This document shows, in pieces, positions 41,698-51,117 of a DNA stretch of 64,000 nucleotides. Origin of the DNA: Parcubacteria group bacterium (GTDB lineage: Bacteria > Patescibacteriota > Minisyncoccia > Moranbacterales > UBA2206). The number at the start of each line of letters is the position of its first letter. Position 1 is the first letter of the stretch. Below the pieces are notes generated by a model. The model was not told the origin of the DNA. It saw only the letters and a program-made list of their open reading frames with translations, and ran no database searches. The translations under genes were made by a program, and so were the position numbers. Location: positions 77,605 through 141,604 of the forward strand of contig JBAZPT010000002.1 of assembly GCA_041645535.1 (NCBI GenBank), in the 5' to 3' direction.

Positions 41698-42859
41698 AAA
41701 AATTAAGCCAAAAAATAACCGCCAGATCATTTTTGAAGTAAGTTGTGTCGACCAGGCCGTGAATTAAAAAATAAAGCATAATCGCGAAAGAAATAGCCCA
41801 CAGGCTGTTTTTTTCTTTGCCCAGCATTTCCTTGAGCCAGAAAAAAATTAAAGCTATAAAACCAACAAAGCTCAACATCCCGCCATACAGCCACCAGGCT
41901 AAATATAAATTATGCGGATGCGGAACCGCCCATTCAAGATAGGGCGGAAAATATTTCTGGTATTCCAGATATTTTTGCTGGAAATTCCCCGGTCCGATGC
42001 CAAAAGCAATGTTGTCTCCTAAAATTTTAGCCGCGCTGTTCCAAATCATAACGCGCGATGCCAACGATGAGTGAGGCGAGCTTTGGATATTATTGAGCTT
42101 TTCCGTGTTCTGCTGGCTGATAAACAAAATAAATATTATTATTAAGCCTCCAGTTGTTATCTTTTTGTTTATTTTTTTATTTTTTATTATTATAGTAATC
42201 ACTAAACTTAATATAAGCGCTATCCACGCCGCGTAAGAATAAGTCAGATAAAGAGCAACCAAAATTACAGCCAAGCCAATAACCGCGAAGGTCTTTTTCT
42301 TTTTTTGATCCCGTTTTTTAATACTAAATACTAAATACCAGATACTAATTATCAGTCCCGGCACCAGATACATCGCCAGATAATTTGGAGAATTAAAAAT
42401 GCCCTGCAGTCTGCCGTCAAAAGTTACTGCCCCGTAAATATAATATCCCAAACTTATAATAGCCACCGTCAAAGCTGAAAAATAATAAGCATAATAAATA
42501 TTTTTTCTTTTTTCTTCCGGGATACCAGCCGTGGCTATCCATGAAAACAGCAGTGGTAAAATAAACCAGCTTTTTATAATCCCGAAGCCGACCGCGTAAT
42601 TTTTATTCACCAAAATTGAAATCAATAATCCTAAAAAAATGAGGCTTAAACAAAGCACAATCTTCCTCCTAGAGCCGAGCTCTTGGAGTTTCCAAGAGCT
42701 CGGCTCTAGGAAAATAAACCCGCTGGCAATGACAGCCAACATTAAAATTTCCAGTGCGTTTGTCGGAACGCCAAAAACAGAAACTTTAACCAAGTAAGCC
42801 GGCAAAAGAAAAATTGTCGCGTAGATTAAAAATTCGGTTATTTTATTATTTTTCTCCAT
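41657..42859 (-). CDS. O-antigen ligase (Wzy_C)-like membrane protein
   Basis: 400 aa, more than 10 TM helices. Its 3' end overlaps the convergent gene by 41 nt. Confidence 0.7.
   Translation of the reverse strand: MEKNNKITEFLIYATIFLLPAYLVKVSVFGVPTNALEILMLAVIASGFIFLEPSSWKLQELGSRRKIVLCLSLIFLGLLISILVNKNYAVGFGIIKSWFILPLLFSWIATAGIPEEKRKNIYYAYYFSALTVAIISLGYYIYGAVTFDGRLQGIFNSPNYLAMYLVPGLIISIWYLVFSIKKRDQKKKKTFAVIGLAVILVALYLTYSYAAWIALILSLVITIIIKNKKINKKITTGGLIIIFILFISQQNTEKLNNIQSSPHSSLASRVMIWNSAAKILGDNIAFGIGPGNFQQKYLEYQKYFPPYLEWAVPHPHNLYLAWWLYGGMLSFVGFIALIFFWLKEMLGKEKNSLWAISFAIMLYFLIHGLVDTTYFKNDLAVIFWLNFFIGLFYTTSRPRD
42668..42710. repeat. perfect 20-bp-arm palindrome inside the ligase-like gene
   Basis: CCTAGAGCCGAGCTCTTGGA-gtt-TCCAAGAGCTCGGCTCTAGG, translated as EPSSWKLQELGSRR. 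Confidence 0.85.
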
Positions 42860-44147
42860 CTGTTTTCACCGCGCCTAGCGCGATTACAATTAACAAAAAC
42901 GGCAGGGCCTGCACCGAAAACAAGGCTGTTTCAAAAAGAGAATGCGCGGAAAATATAACCAGGCTCGTTGCTCCAGCCAGCCATATAACATTACTCTTTG
43001 ATTTTTTTATAAAACCGCTTATCGAAAAAATAATGAGCGCTATCCAAATTATAGTATTCAAAATTCCGGTTTCCGCGGCAATATCTAAATATAGATTATG
43101 CGCATAGAACGGCTCTCTGTAATCAGCTGTGGCTTTTATTTCCAGCGCATAATTACCAAGCCCGACTCCTAAAGGATTATTTTTAATTATTTCAACAGCT
43201 TCCTTCCACATTTCAAGCCGGCCCTGATTAGATCCTTCTTTGGCGTTGAAGCTTGTCAGAAAACGATTGCCGATCGGACTATTTAAAATAGACACGAAAA
43301 AAACGAACATCAACACGAAACCAATTAAAGCTTTTTTGAAATTCACTTTTTTCTTCCAAACTATAACTGCCAAAAAAAATAATAGCCCGGCTGCCAGACC
43401 GATATAGCCTCCGCGCGAAAACGACAGCAGGTCCGCCAAAAGAATCACCCCGGATAATATTAAATATATTTTTCGGCCGCCAAGACATCGGATGTCCTTT
43501 GCCCGCTTCGCTTGGACATCCGATGTCCAAAACAATCCCAGCGCCAACGGCAGCGCCATCCCCAAATAAATCGAAAGCATATGCGGATCAGGAAAAGTTG
43601 CAGTGGCGCGAAAAATTGTTTTTCCGCCCAGATTCACCAGCCAGCTAGGGTAGGCCAGCACCGCCTCTGAAAAAGCCGTTCCCAAAAAAACAGGCGCGAT
43701 AGTGCCAGCCCAAAATTTCAAAATATTATTTAGCCCCCAAATAAATTGAAGAGCAAATTGAATCAGCCCGACCAGCGCCGCCAGCCCCGCGCCCCAAGTA
43801 AGAAATTTGATAATTTTAATCCTATCGAAGTCGGACTTCGATATTGCCGTAGTTATGAAGTAAATTGGAAATATTGAAAGTAAAAACAAGAGTTTCCGGA
43901 GGCTCCAATCCGTATTTCTGGCCCACAAAAGCGAAAAAGCGCTCAGAAAGAGAAAAGAGAGGATTAAAAAGGTCTGAATTCGGACCGGCACACAAACCTG
44001 GCGGTTTTTGAGAGCCGAAATAAGCCACATTAAAGCCAAAATCAGGATGAACACCCTCCCGGAAGCCAAGTCCACCCCCTCCGCCGGATTAAGAGCGATT
44101 TGGAAAGGGATGTAGAGGCAAAAGAGTAATAAAAGCTTGTATATCAT
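42846..44147 (-). CDS. O-antigen ligase (Wzy_C)-like membrane protein (paralog)
   Basis: 433 aa polytopic protein. Overlaps the downstream paralog by 14 nt. Confidence 0.7.
   Translation of the reverse strand: MIYKLLLLFCLYIPFQIALNPAEGVDLASGRVFILILALMWLISALKNRQVCVPVRIQTFLILSFLFLSAFSLLWARNTDWSLRKLLFLLSIFPIYFITTAISKSDFDRIKIIKFLTWGAGLAALVGLIQFALQFIWGLNNILKFWAGTIAPVFLGTAFSEAVLAYPSWLVNLGGKTIFRATATFPDPHMLSIYLGMALPLALGLFWTSDVQAKRAKDIRCLGGRKIYLILSGVILLADLLSFSRGGYIGLAAGLLFFLAVIVWKKKVNFKKALIGFVLMFVFFVSILNSPIGNRFLTSFNAKEGSNQGRLEMWKEAVEIIKNNPLGVGLGNYALEIKATADYREPFYAHNLYLDIAAETGILNTIIWIALIIFSISGFIKKSKSNVIWLAGATSLVIFSAHSLFETALFSVQALPFLLIVIALGAVKTDGEK
43481..43531. repeat. double-hairpin TTGGACAT-family element inside the ligase-like gene
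   Basis: CAAGACATCGGATGTCCTTTGCCCGCTTCGCTTGGACATCCGATGTCCAAA. Its reverse complement aligns with 23884-23928. Confidence 0.8.
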
Positions 44148-44234
44148 GCCCTAATCCTCGCATATTTTGGGTTTTCGCGCAAAAAAATAGCTGCCAATTT
44201 AAAACGACAGCTATTGAGAATTTTTATAATATTT

Positions 44235-44561
44235 TCAAGCATATTTGATGCCTTTTATGCCTTTTGGCATTTCGACCCGTTTCCAGTTCTCAAGAAATTC
44301 CTTTTCAAAAGAAGTGGAAAACTTTTCAGGCATTAGGTTTATAAAACCAAACCTCTCTGTTAATACTCCCGACTGTCTAACTTTGAACTTATAACTGCAT
44401 TTTCTGCCAAAGATAGAGCCGCCACCCACTTTTGTTTGAACATTCTTTCCAGGCCTCGGAATGTGCTTTCTCCATATATTTTTTGTAAAAGAAGCCACTC
44501 CATTTTCCTCACCCGTAATCAAATTGCAGAAGGTTATGCTGACATATGCCTCAATCTTCAT
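44235..44561 (-). CDS. hypothetical protein (108 aa)
   Basis: ORF with an SD-like AAGGGGGAA upstream. Confidence 0.45.
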   Translation of the reverse strand: MKIEAYVSITFCNLITGEENGVASFTKNIWRKHIPRPGKNVQTKVGGGSIFGRKCSYKFKVRQSGVLTERFGFINLMPEKFSTSFEKEFLENWKRVEMPKGIKGIKYA

Positions 44562-44579
44562 GGTTCCCCCTTTTTGTTT

Positions 44580-45308
44580 TTAATATTTTAAAAAGTACTT
44601 CCTAAAATATCGGCGTTGCGATTTATAATAGTAGGCTTTCTGCGTTTTTTTGTCAAGAAAGGACTTGCCGCCAAAATGTTTAATCGTAAATTTCGGAAAA
44701 TAGAGAACTTTGTATCCGAGCTGGCGCGCGCGCCGGCAAAGATCGATGTCTTCAAAATACATAAAAAAATCTTCGTCGAAACCTTCGACTTTTTCAAAAA
44801 TTTCCTTTTTTACAAAAAGCGCGGCACCGCTAACCCAGTCAGCAGCAACATCTTTTTGGCTTTCCCAAATTTTTTTACTGTCAATTAGACCAATGTTGTT
44901 TTTAATCAGCCGCCAAAGAGTAAACTCTTCCCCAGCGCACCACCACTGCGTTTTTCCATTTTCCCTTACCAGTCTCGGTCCGACTATCGCCAGTTTTTTA
45001 TCTTTTTCAAATTCACTCAATAAATTCAAGATATTTTCTGAAACAATCTCCGTATCCGGATTGAGAAAACATAAAATTTCTCCTTGCGCCATGCGCGCGC
45101 CCAAATTGCACGCCGCGCCAAAACCAATATTTTTGCCGGTATTTATAAGCCTTGCTTCGCTTGGACATTGGATGTCCAAGTCATCATTATTAACCACAAT
45201 TATTTCATATTCCACGGCTAAAATTTTTTCTTTGATAGAAAAAATGCATTTGGCCAGATATTTTTCGCTTTGGTAGTTGACAATAATAATTGAAAGTTTC
45301 GGATTCAT
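44580..45308 (-). CDS. family 2 glycosyltransferase
   Basis: LSIIIVNYQSEKYL...VVNNDDLD...FEDIDLCRRARQLGYKV. Confidence 0.8.
   Translation of the reverse strand: MNPKLSIIIVNYQSEKYLAKCIFSIKEKILAVEYEIIVVNNDDLDIQCPSEARLINTGKNIGFGAACNLGARMAQGEILCFLNPDTEIVSENILNLLSEFEKDKKLAIVGPRLVRENGKTQWWCAGEEFTLWRLIKNNIGLIDSKKIWESQKDVAADWVSGAALFVKKEIFEKVEGFDEDFFMYFEDIDLCRRARQLGYKVLYFPKFTIKHFGGKSFLDKKTQKAYYYKSQRRYFRKYFLKY
45151..45180. repeat. single-hairpin TTGGACAT-family element inside the GT2 gene
   Basis: GCTTCGCTTGGACATTGGATGTCCAAG, translated as LDIQCPSEA. Confidence 0.75.
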
Positions 45309-45356
45309 TTTTCCAGACTATGTCAAATCATTGCATATGCAAGAAATTGACATACT

Positions 45357-46220
45357 TTATATCTTTATGTTGCCATAATCTTTGTAGGCTTTTTGCACAA
45401 TTTCCGCCAAATCATTTCTTTTGAATTTCAGATCGAATTTATTTTTTATCTTGCGCAGCGCCGTATAAAATTTTATCCACGGCTTGAACAAGAGGGGCGT
45501 GTTTTTTTGGAAAAAAATCAGTCCGGAAATAACCAGCCAGTATGTTTTTTGTTTTAAGTTGCTCTCGCTTTTTTCAAGATGATAAACCCAGGATCCGGAA
45601 ACCACGCTGATCTTAAAGCCGGCTTTCCTGGCCCGCACGCTGAAGTCAGCATCCTCCCAATAAAGAAAAAAATCTTCATCCAAAAGCCCGATTTCTTTAA
45701 AAACCGCGGCGCGCACCAGCATAGAACATCCGGTTGCAAGCCCGGTTTCATAACTATCCGCGGATGAGGCCTCTTTTCGGTGTATGGTTTTCATTTGAAG
45801 CCAGCCTATTTCTCCCCCGGAAAACCAGATCTGCCGGCTGTGCTTGCTGAATATCACCGGACTGACAATGCCAATTTTTTCGTTTTTTTCTGCCGCTTCC
45901 ACAAGCTTGGTCAAAAAATCCTTTTCCACTTCCGTGTCATTATTAAGCAGCAACACATAATCTGCCATCCTCTCGAGCGTAAAGCGGATGCCGACATTAT
46001 TGCCGACGGCATAGCCCAGATTCTCTTCATTCTTGATAAATTTGGCTTTGGAAAAACCGGCCTTGGCCAGCTCAAAAGATCCGTCGGTGGAATTATTGTC
46101 CACCACAACCACCTCAAAGTCAGTATAATCAATTTTAAAAATGGATGTCAGGCAATTTTTAATGACATCCTTTCCGTTGTAGTTAAGAACGATAATAAAA
46201 ATTTTAGGGTAGTTGCTCAT
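45357..46220 (-). CDS. family 2 glycosyltransferase
   Basis: IFIIVLNYNGKDV...VVVDNNSTDGS...WEDADFSVRARKAGFKI. Confidence 0.8.
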   Translation of the reverse strand: MSNYPKIFIIVLNYNGKDVIKNCLTSIFKIDYTDFEVVVVDNNSTDGSFELAKAGFSKAKFIKNEENLGYAVGNNVGIRFTLERMADYVLLLNNDTEVEKDFLTKLVEAAEKNEKIGIVSPVIFSKHSRQIWFSGGEIGWLQMKTIHRKEASSADSYETGLATGCSMLVRAAVFKEIGLLDEDFFLYWEDADFSVRARKAGFKISVVSGSWVYHLEKSESNLKQKTYWLVISGLIFFQKNTPLLFKPWIKFYTALRKIKNKFDLKFKRNDLAEIVQKAYKDYGNIKI

Positions 46221-47646
46221 ATTCTTCTACTCCTTTTTTACTTACCAGACTGGTTATTTCGGAAGTTTTCACCGCGTCAAAAATCCAAAGCGCCGTGAAA
46301 TAAATAGCCGAGCCTACGCAAGCGGACAGAAAAAAATTAAGGCCCCGGGCGAAGAATAGAAACACCGCCATTAGTGCGCCAGCAAGAAAAATCCCGGTTA
46401 TCTTTTCCGGCTTCGGGGCATAGTCTAGTTTTTTCCAGGCATAAAGTCCGGCGGCGGCGGCTACAAAAATTTCAGTTGCGGTTGAAATGTAAGCGGCGCC
46501 CATATAAGAAAACTTCGGGATAAGCGCCAGATTGAATCCGACGTTGCCGATCGCCGCTACCAGCCAGATGCCCATCAGCTTCTTTTGCAAATTTCCGGCG
46601 ATTAAAATGTTGTTGAAAAAATTTCCAAAAAAGATCGCCGCCAGGGCGAAAACTAAAATTTGAAGAACCGCCGCGGATTGGCCGAACTGGCCGCCCCCGA
46701 TCAGATGGATTATTCCCTTGGAAAGAAAAAGCGTGCCCACAATAAGCGGAACCACTAAAATAACAAACACTTTAAAAGTTTTATTAGAGATATCTCTGAA
46801 CTTGGCCTTATCGGTAAAAATAGTGTTGGATATTATCGGCAGCACCAGCCCGATAATCATAGCCGGAAAAAAGGAAATGTTTTCCAAAACCTTATAGGCC
46901 GCGTTATAAATGCCTACATCTTCGCTGGTTTTGAGAATTGAAAGCAGGATGGTGTCCATTTTAAAGTAGGCGAAAACAATAACCGATCCAATGCCGATTG
47001 GCAAAGACTCCTTAAGAAATTTTTTCCAATATGAAAAATCAAATTGAAAACTAAAGCGCAGATATTTTCTCGACCAAAGAAAAACAATTATGAAGCTGGC
47101 TATCATATTGAAAAGCAGCGACGCGATAATCCAGTCAAAGCTAAGTTGAAATTTGACGGCCAAAATAACCGTTGCCACCTGGATTATTTTCCCTGCCAAT
47201 TCTCCGATAGCCACCCTGTCCATCGCCAGATTTTTTTGAAAGACGCCATTCAAAACCTGATAGCCGGACGAAAACAAAAAAGAGGCCGCCGCAATCATGA
47301 TGCCCTCCTTCACTTCGCGGGGATAGTCAAAAAAGAGTACGACTATCGGAGCCACGATTAAAATTCCCAGCGCCGAAATAACCCTTAAAGTAAAGATATT
47401 CCCCATAATCCTTTTTTCATCGGCTCCGGGACGGGAAATTTCCCGGGTGGAAATGTGATAGAGGCCAAGATCAGCGAGCGACGCGAAAAAAGACAAAAAC
47501 GCGAGCACTGTCGCGTAATTTCCAAAACCGTCTTTGCCTAAATAGCGGGTAATAAAGCCGATAGAAACCAGAGCCAGCGCCGTTGAAAAAAATTTGGAAA
47601 CGCTGCTTACCAGGACATTGTAAGCTATTTTTCTGGCAATAACCAT
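46204..47646 (-). CDS. Wzx/MOP-family polysaccharide flippase
   Basis: 480 aa with about 14 TM helices, sitting in the glycan cluster. Confidence 0.7.
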   Translation of the reverse strand: MVIARKIAYNVLVSSVSKFFSTALALVSIGFITRYLGKDGFGNYATVLAFLSFFASLADLGLYHISTREISRPGADEKRIMGNIFTLRVISALGILIVAPIVVLFFDYPREVKEGIMIAAASFLFSSGYQVLNGVFQKNLAMDRVAIGELAGKIIQVATVILAVKFQLSFDWIIASLLFNMIASFIIVFLWSRKYLRFSFQFDFSYWKKFLKESLPIGIGSVIVFAYFKMDTILLSILKTSEDVGIYNAAYKVLENISFFPAMIIGLVLPIISNTIFTDKAKFRDISNKTFKVFVILVVPLIVGTLFLSKGIIHLIGGGQFGQSAAVLQILVFALAAIFFGNFFNNILIAGNLQKKLMGIWLVAAIGNVGFNLALIPKFSYMGAAYISTATEIFVAAAAGLYAWKKLDYAPKPEKITGIFLAGALMAVFLFFARGLNFFLSACVGSAIYFTALWIFDAVKTSEITSLVSKKGVEEYEQLP

Positions 47647-47657
47647 GAGTGGTAATT

Positions 47658-48137
47658 TTAAATTAAGTCGGCTGGCTCGATGACAACTTTGCGCTCTTCG
47701 CCTTCGCCGATACTTTCAGTTTTAACCTGGCTGTTTTTCGATAAAGCCAGATGCACCAGTCTTCTTTCATAAGGAGACATCGCGCGCAGAACCACAGCCC
47801 TTTTTTCACGAATGGCCTGTTCAGCCATTTCCTCCGCCATTTTTTCAATGGAAACATTTTTTTCTTCCCGATATGAGTTTACATCCACAGTAAAATTTAT
47901 TCTTTCCTCAGTTTTTTGGCGCACCAAAAGCCGCGCGATATGCTGGAGCGACTGCAAATTCACGCCGTATTGTCCGATCAAAAAATTAGAGTCGGCGGTT
48001 TTAATATTGCAAACCACTGTGTCTTCCTCTTCGCCAGCCGACTCTTTGATTTCCACCTCGGAGCTAAAGCCCATTTTGGAAACAAGCTCCGCCACTGTTT
48101 CCTTAATCACTTCTTTTATATTGCCAGTTTTTTCCAT
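47658..48137 (-). CDS. jag: Jag-like RNA-binding protein (KH + R3H)
   Basis: ATG at 48137 (MEKTGNIKEV); LIGQYGVNLQSLQHIARL; R3H region MSPYERRLVHLAL. Downstream of yidC as usual. Confidence 0.8.
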   Translation of the reverse strand: MEKTGNIKEVIKETVAELVSKMGFSSEVEIKESAGEEEDTVVCNIKTADSNFLIGQYGVNLQSLQHIARLLVRQKTEERINFTVDVNSYREEKNVSIEKMAEEMAEQAIREKRAVVLRAMSPYERRLVHLALSKNSQVKTESIGEGEERKVVIEPADLI

Positions 48138-48144
48138 AATAGTA

Positions 48145-48912
48145 TTAGTTAACTTTTTTAGCTTCCGGCAATTCCTTTTTTTCCAGATAATATTGCTGAG
48201 CAATCATAAACACCGTTGACACCAGCCAATAGAGAGCCAGCCCGGCCGGAAATTTTATACCAATAAACAAAGTGAGAAGCGGCCCCAAGTAAAGCATTTG
48301 CTTGGACATCATTTGCGAAAAATCCGCGTCTTTGCCGGCGGGCGCCGCAACCTGTTTCCCCATCAGCATTTTTGTCTGGATATATTGCGAGCCGGCAGCC
48401 ATGATTACCAAAATTATTTGCGGAACATTAGCGAACGTCAAACTGCCGAGATTTAAAACCGACGCCAAATCGATGATGCCCAAAAACATATGATGGATTT
48501 GCCCCGGATCAGGCACAAAAGCATACAAATCCGCAATATTTACCTTGAGGCCGGCCTCGGAAATATTAAATAACACCCGGTAAATAGCGATTAAAAAAAC
48601 CAATTGGACAATCATCGGCAGGCATCCGGAAAAAGGATTGGTTTTCTTTTCTTTATATAGATCCATCAGCGCCCGGCTTTGTTTTTCTTTGTCATTTTTA
48701 TGCTTGGCCTGCAATTCTTTTATTTTTGGCTGCAACTCCTGCATTTTTTTCTGCGATTCAATTTGTTTCTTGCTTAGAGGAATAAGCAGAAGCTTAATAA
48801 CAATTGTTACCAGAATTATAGCCACGCCAAAATCGCGGAAAGGCACGACCGAATAGACAAAAATCAACAGGTTATAAATCGGCTTATATATAATTGCGTC
48901 AAATAAAAACAT
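48145..48912 (-). CDS. yidC: membrane protein insertase YidC (short form)
   Basis: LLIPLSKKQIESQKKMQELQPKIKELQ...GCLPMIVQLVFLIAIY...PAGLALYWLVS. Confidence 0.9.
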   Translation of the reverse strand: MFLFDAIIYKPIYNLLIFVYSVVPFRDFGVAIILVTIVIKLLLIPLSKKQIESQKKMQELQPKIKELQAKHKNDKEKQSRALMDLYKEKKTNPFSGCLPMIVQLVFLIAIYRVLFNISEAGLKVNIADLYAFVPDPGQIHHMFLGIIDLASVLNLGSLTFANVPQIILVIMAAGSQYIQTKMLMGKQVAAPAGKDADFSQMMSKQMLYLGPLLTLFIGIKFPAGLALYWLVSTVFMIAQQYYLEKKELPEAKKVN

Positions 48913-48921
48913 TGTTTCTTT

Positions 48922-49272
48922 TTAGCTCTTGTTTAATAGATTACTTTTTTCAATCAGTTTGGCGACTGTCTTTTCAATTGCCGCATAAGTTTCTTTCCCA
49001 CCGGCCTTGCCCCTTGCCGACACCACAATATCCGTTCCTTCTTTTATGTTTTTTAGTTCCTGTCTGAATATTTCCCGCAATTTTCTTTTTAAAGCATTCC
49101 TTTCCACCGCCTTTTTAGAAAATCGCATTCCCACTACAACCCCGATTCTGGTTTTATTCTGCCCATTTTCCGTAAATTGCAACTGCAGGAAATCCCGGAA
49201 AAAACGCCGGCCGGTGCGCTGAACCTTGGAAAAATCCTTCTTGTCAACTAATCGTTTTTCCGCCGGCAACAT
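48922..49272 (-). CDS. rnpA: ribonuclease P protein component
   Basis: 116 aa basic protein between rpmH and yidC; RIGVVVGMRFSKKAVERNALKRKLRE. Confidence 0.85.
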   Translation of the reverse strand: MLPAEKRLVDKKDFSKVQRTGRRFFRDFLQLQFTENGQNKTRIGVVVGMRFSKKAVERNALKRKLREIFRQELKNIKEGTDIVVSARGKAGGKETYAAIEKTVAKLIEKSNLLNKS

Positions 49273-49278
49273 ATTTTT

Positions 49279-49385
49279 ATCCCGTTACAACTTAAATAAT
49301 TGTAGTTATCCTTGTATTAAAAAATATCCCGAGCAAAGCTAGCTTAATCAAGTTACAACCAGGATGGATTAAGTTGTAACGGGAT
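49279..49385. repeat. CCCGTTA-family inverted-repeat element (copy C)
   Basis: ATCCCGTTACAACTTAA (49279-49295) pairs with TTAAGTTGTAACGGGAT (49369-49385): perfect 17 bp. It fills the rpmH-rnpA spacer. Confidence 0.8.
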
Positions 49386-49522
49386 TATACCTGGGTTAAT
49401 TTTTTCCGTCCCTTCTGCCGTCTGGCTTTCAGCACCTTTTTCCCTCCCTTGGTCTGGTTGCGTTTCAAAAACCCATGTCTTTTCCGGCGCCTAATTTTTT
49501 TCGGCTTGTAAGTTTGACTCAT
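49385..49522 (-). CDS. rpmH: 50S ribosomal protein L34
   Basis: Not in the ORF track because it is under 60 aa. My translation is MSQTYKPKKIRRRKRHGFLKRNQTKGGKKVLKARRQKGRKKLTQV. Confidence 0.9.
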   Translation of the reverse strand: MSQTYKPKKIRRRKRHGFLKRNQTKGGKKVLKARRQKGRKKLTQV

Positions 49523-49725
49523 TGTTTTTTTCTAATTTTTTACTACCTCCCAGTGTACCAACGCAGAAGCTAAAAGTCAATTTTTTAGCGCAGGGGTTTA
49601 CTTTTTATTTCCCTTCCCTTTATAATAAAAAATGCACAGGTTATCAACAGGTTGATCATCTTTTTGCCTTAGGCGCCCTGGCGCTACTGTGATATACTTT
49701 TTTAACAACCTAATTATATTATCAC

Positions 49726-51117
49726 ATGGCTAACGAAGAACTTTGGCAGGCCGCCCTGGGAGAAATAGAGCTCTCCATCTCCAAGGCTAACTTTATCACT
49801 TGGTTTAAAAACACCTATGTCTTGTCCGCTGAAAACGACAAGGTTGTCATTGGCGTTCCCAATGGCTTTGCCAAGGAATGGCTGGAAAACAAGTATAATC
49901 TCTATATTTTACGCGCTCTGCGCAATATAAAGCCGGAAATTAAGGAGGTTTCCTGCATAATTGCTTCTCCGGAAAACTTTGGCCAAAAAAATGCCTCGGT
50001 TGATGCGATTATCCCAGCTGGCTCCCGTGTTTATCCTGTTGGCGATAATACAGATTATCCTCAAAAAATAGCTAGAATAAGCCAAGAAAGCAACCTGAAC
50101 CCTAAGTATGTTTTCGATAATTTTGTAATTGGCGGCAGTAATGAATTGGCGCGGGCCGCTTGTTACGCGGTTTCCCAAAATCTGGGCAAAGTCTATAACC
50201 CGCTCTTCATTTATGGCGGCGTGGGCTTGGGAAAAACGCACTTACTCCAATCCATCGGCAATGCGGTTTTGAAAATAAATCCCTCCCGCAAGGTAAAATA
50301 TATAACTTCAGAAAGATTCACCACCGAACTCATTGACTCCATAAAAAACCAAAAGGTCGCCCTTTTTAAGGATCATTACCAGAAAATAGACCTTTTAATT
50401 ATCGACGATGTTCAGTTTTTATCCGGCAAGGAAAAAACCCAGGAAGAATTTTTTCATATTTTCAACTTTCTCTATCAATTAAACAAGCAGATTGTTTTAA
50501 GCAGCGACCGAGCGCCCAAGGCTATCCCTACTCTAGAGGAGCGCCTGCGCTCCCGCTTTGAGGGCGGCATGATTGCGGATGTTTCGCGGCCGGACTTGGA
50601 AACTAGAATCGCTATTTTACGCAGAAAAGCGGCCGTTGACGGCCTCGAGATCAATGACGAAGCTCTGGAATTTATTGCCGCCAACATCACTCATAATATC
50701 CGGGAATTAGAGGGAGCGCTTACGCGCGTCGCTGTTTCCGCCCAGCTGCTCAAGAGAGATGTGGTGGATGTTAAATTTGCCACCGCGGTGCTTTCCGAGC
50801 TTATTTCCAGCGGAAAAAAGAAGGGGATCACCCATACCCATATTATTAAGGCAGTTTCTGACTATTTTGACATTAGCCAGGAAGATTTGGTTGTAAAAGG
50901 ACGCAAACAGGAGGTGGTAAGGCCCAGACAAATTGCGATGTATCTGATGCGCATAGAACTCCAATATTCTTTCCCTGGCATCGGGGAAAAGCTGGGCGGC
51001 CGCGACCACACCACTGCCATCCATGCTTTTGAAAAAATCACCAAGGAGCTGGAGGAGGACATGAAGCTGTTGGAGGATATAACCCTCCTGCGAGAAAAGA
51101 TTTATTCTTTAAGTTAA
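49726..51117 (+). CDS. dnaA: chromosomal replication initiator protein DnaA
   Basis: 463 aa; Walker A GGVGLGKTHLL; LLIDDVQFL; C-terminal domain IV RDHTTAIHA. Confidence 0.95.
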   Translation: MANEELWQAALGEIELSISKANFITWFKNTYVLSAENDKVVIGVPNGFAKEWLENKYNLYILRALRNIKPEIKEVSCIIASPENFGQKNASVDAIIPAGSRVYPVGDNTDYPQKIARISQESNLNPKYVFDNFVIGGSNELARAACYAVSQNLGKVYNPLFIYGGVGLGKTHLLQSIGNAVLKINPSRKVKYITSERFTTELIDSIKNQKVALFKDHYQKIDLLIIDDVQFLSGKEKTQEEFFHIFNFLYQLNKQIVLSSDRAPKAIPTLEERLRSRFEGGMIADVSRPDLETRIAILRRKAAVDGLEINDEALEFIAANITHNIRELEGALTRVAVSAQLLKRDVVDVKFATAVLSELISSGKKKGITHTHIIKAVSDYFDISQEDLVVKGRKQEVVRPRQIAMYLMRIELQYSFPGIGEKLGGRDHTTAIHAFEKITKELEEDMKLLEDITLLREKIYSLS

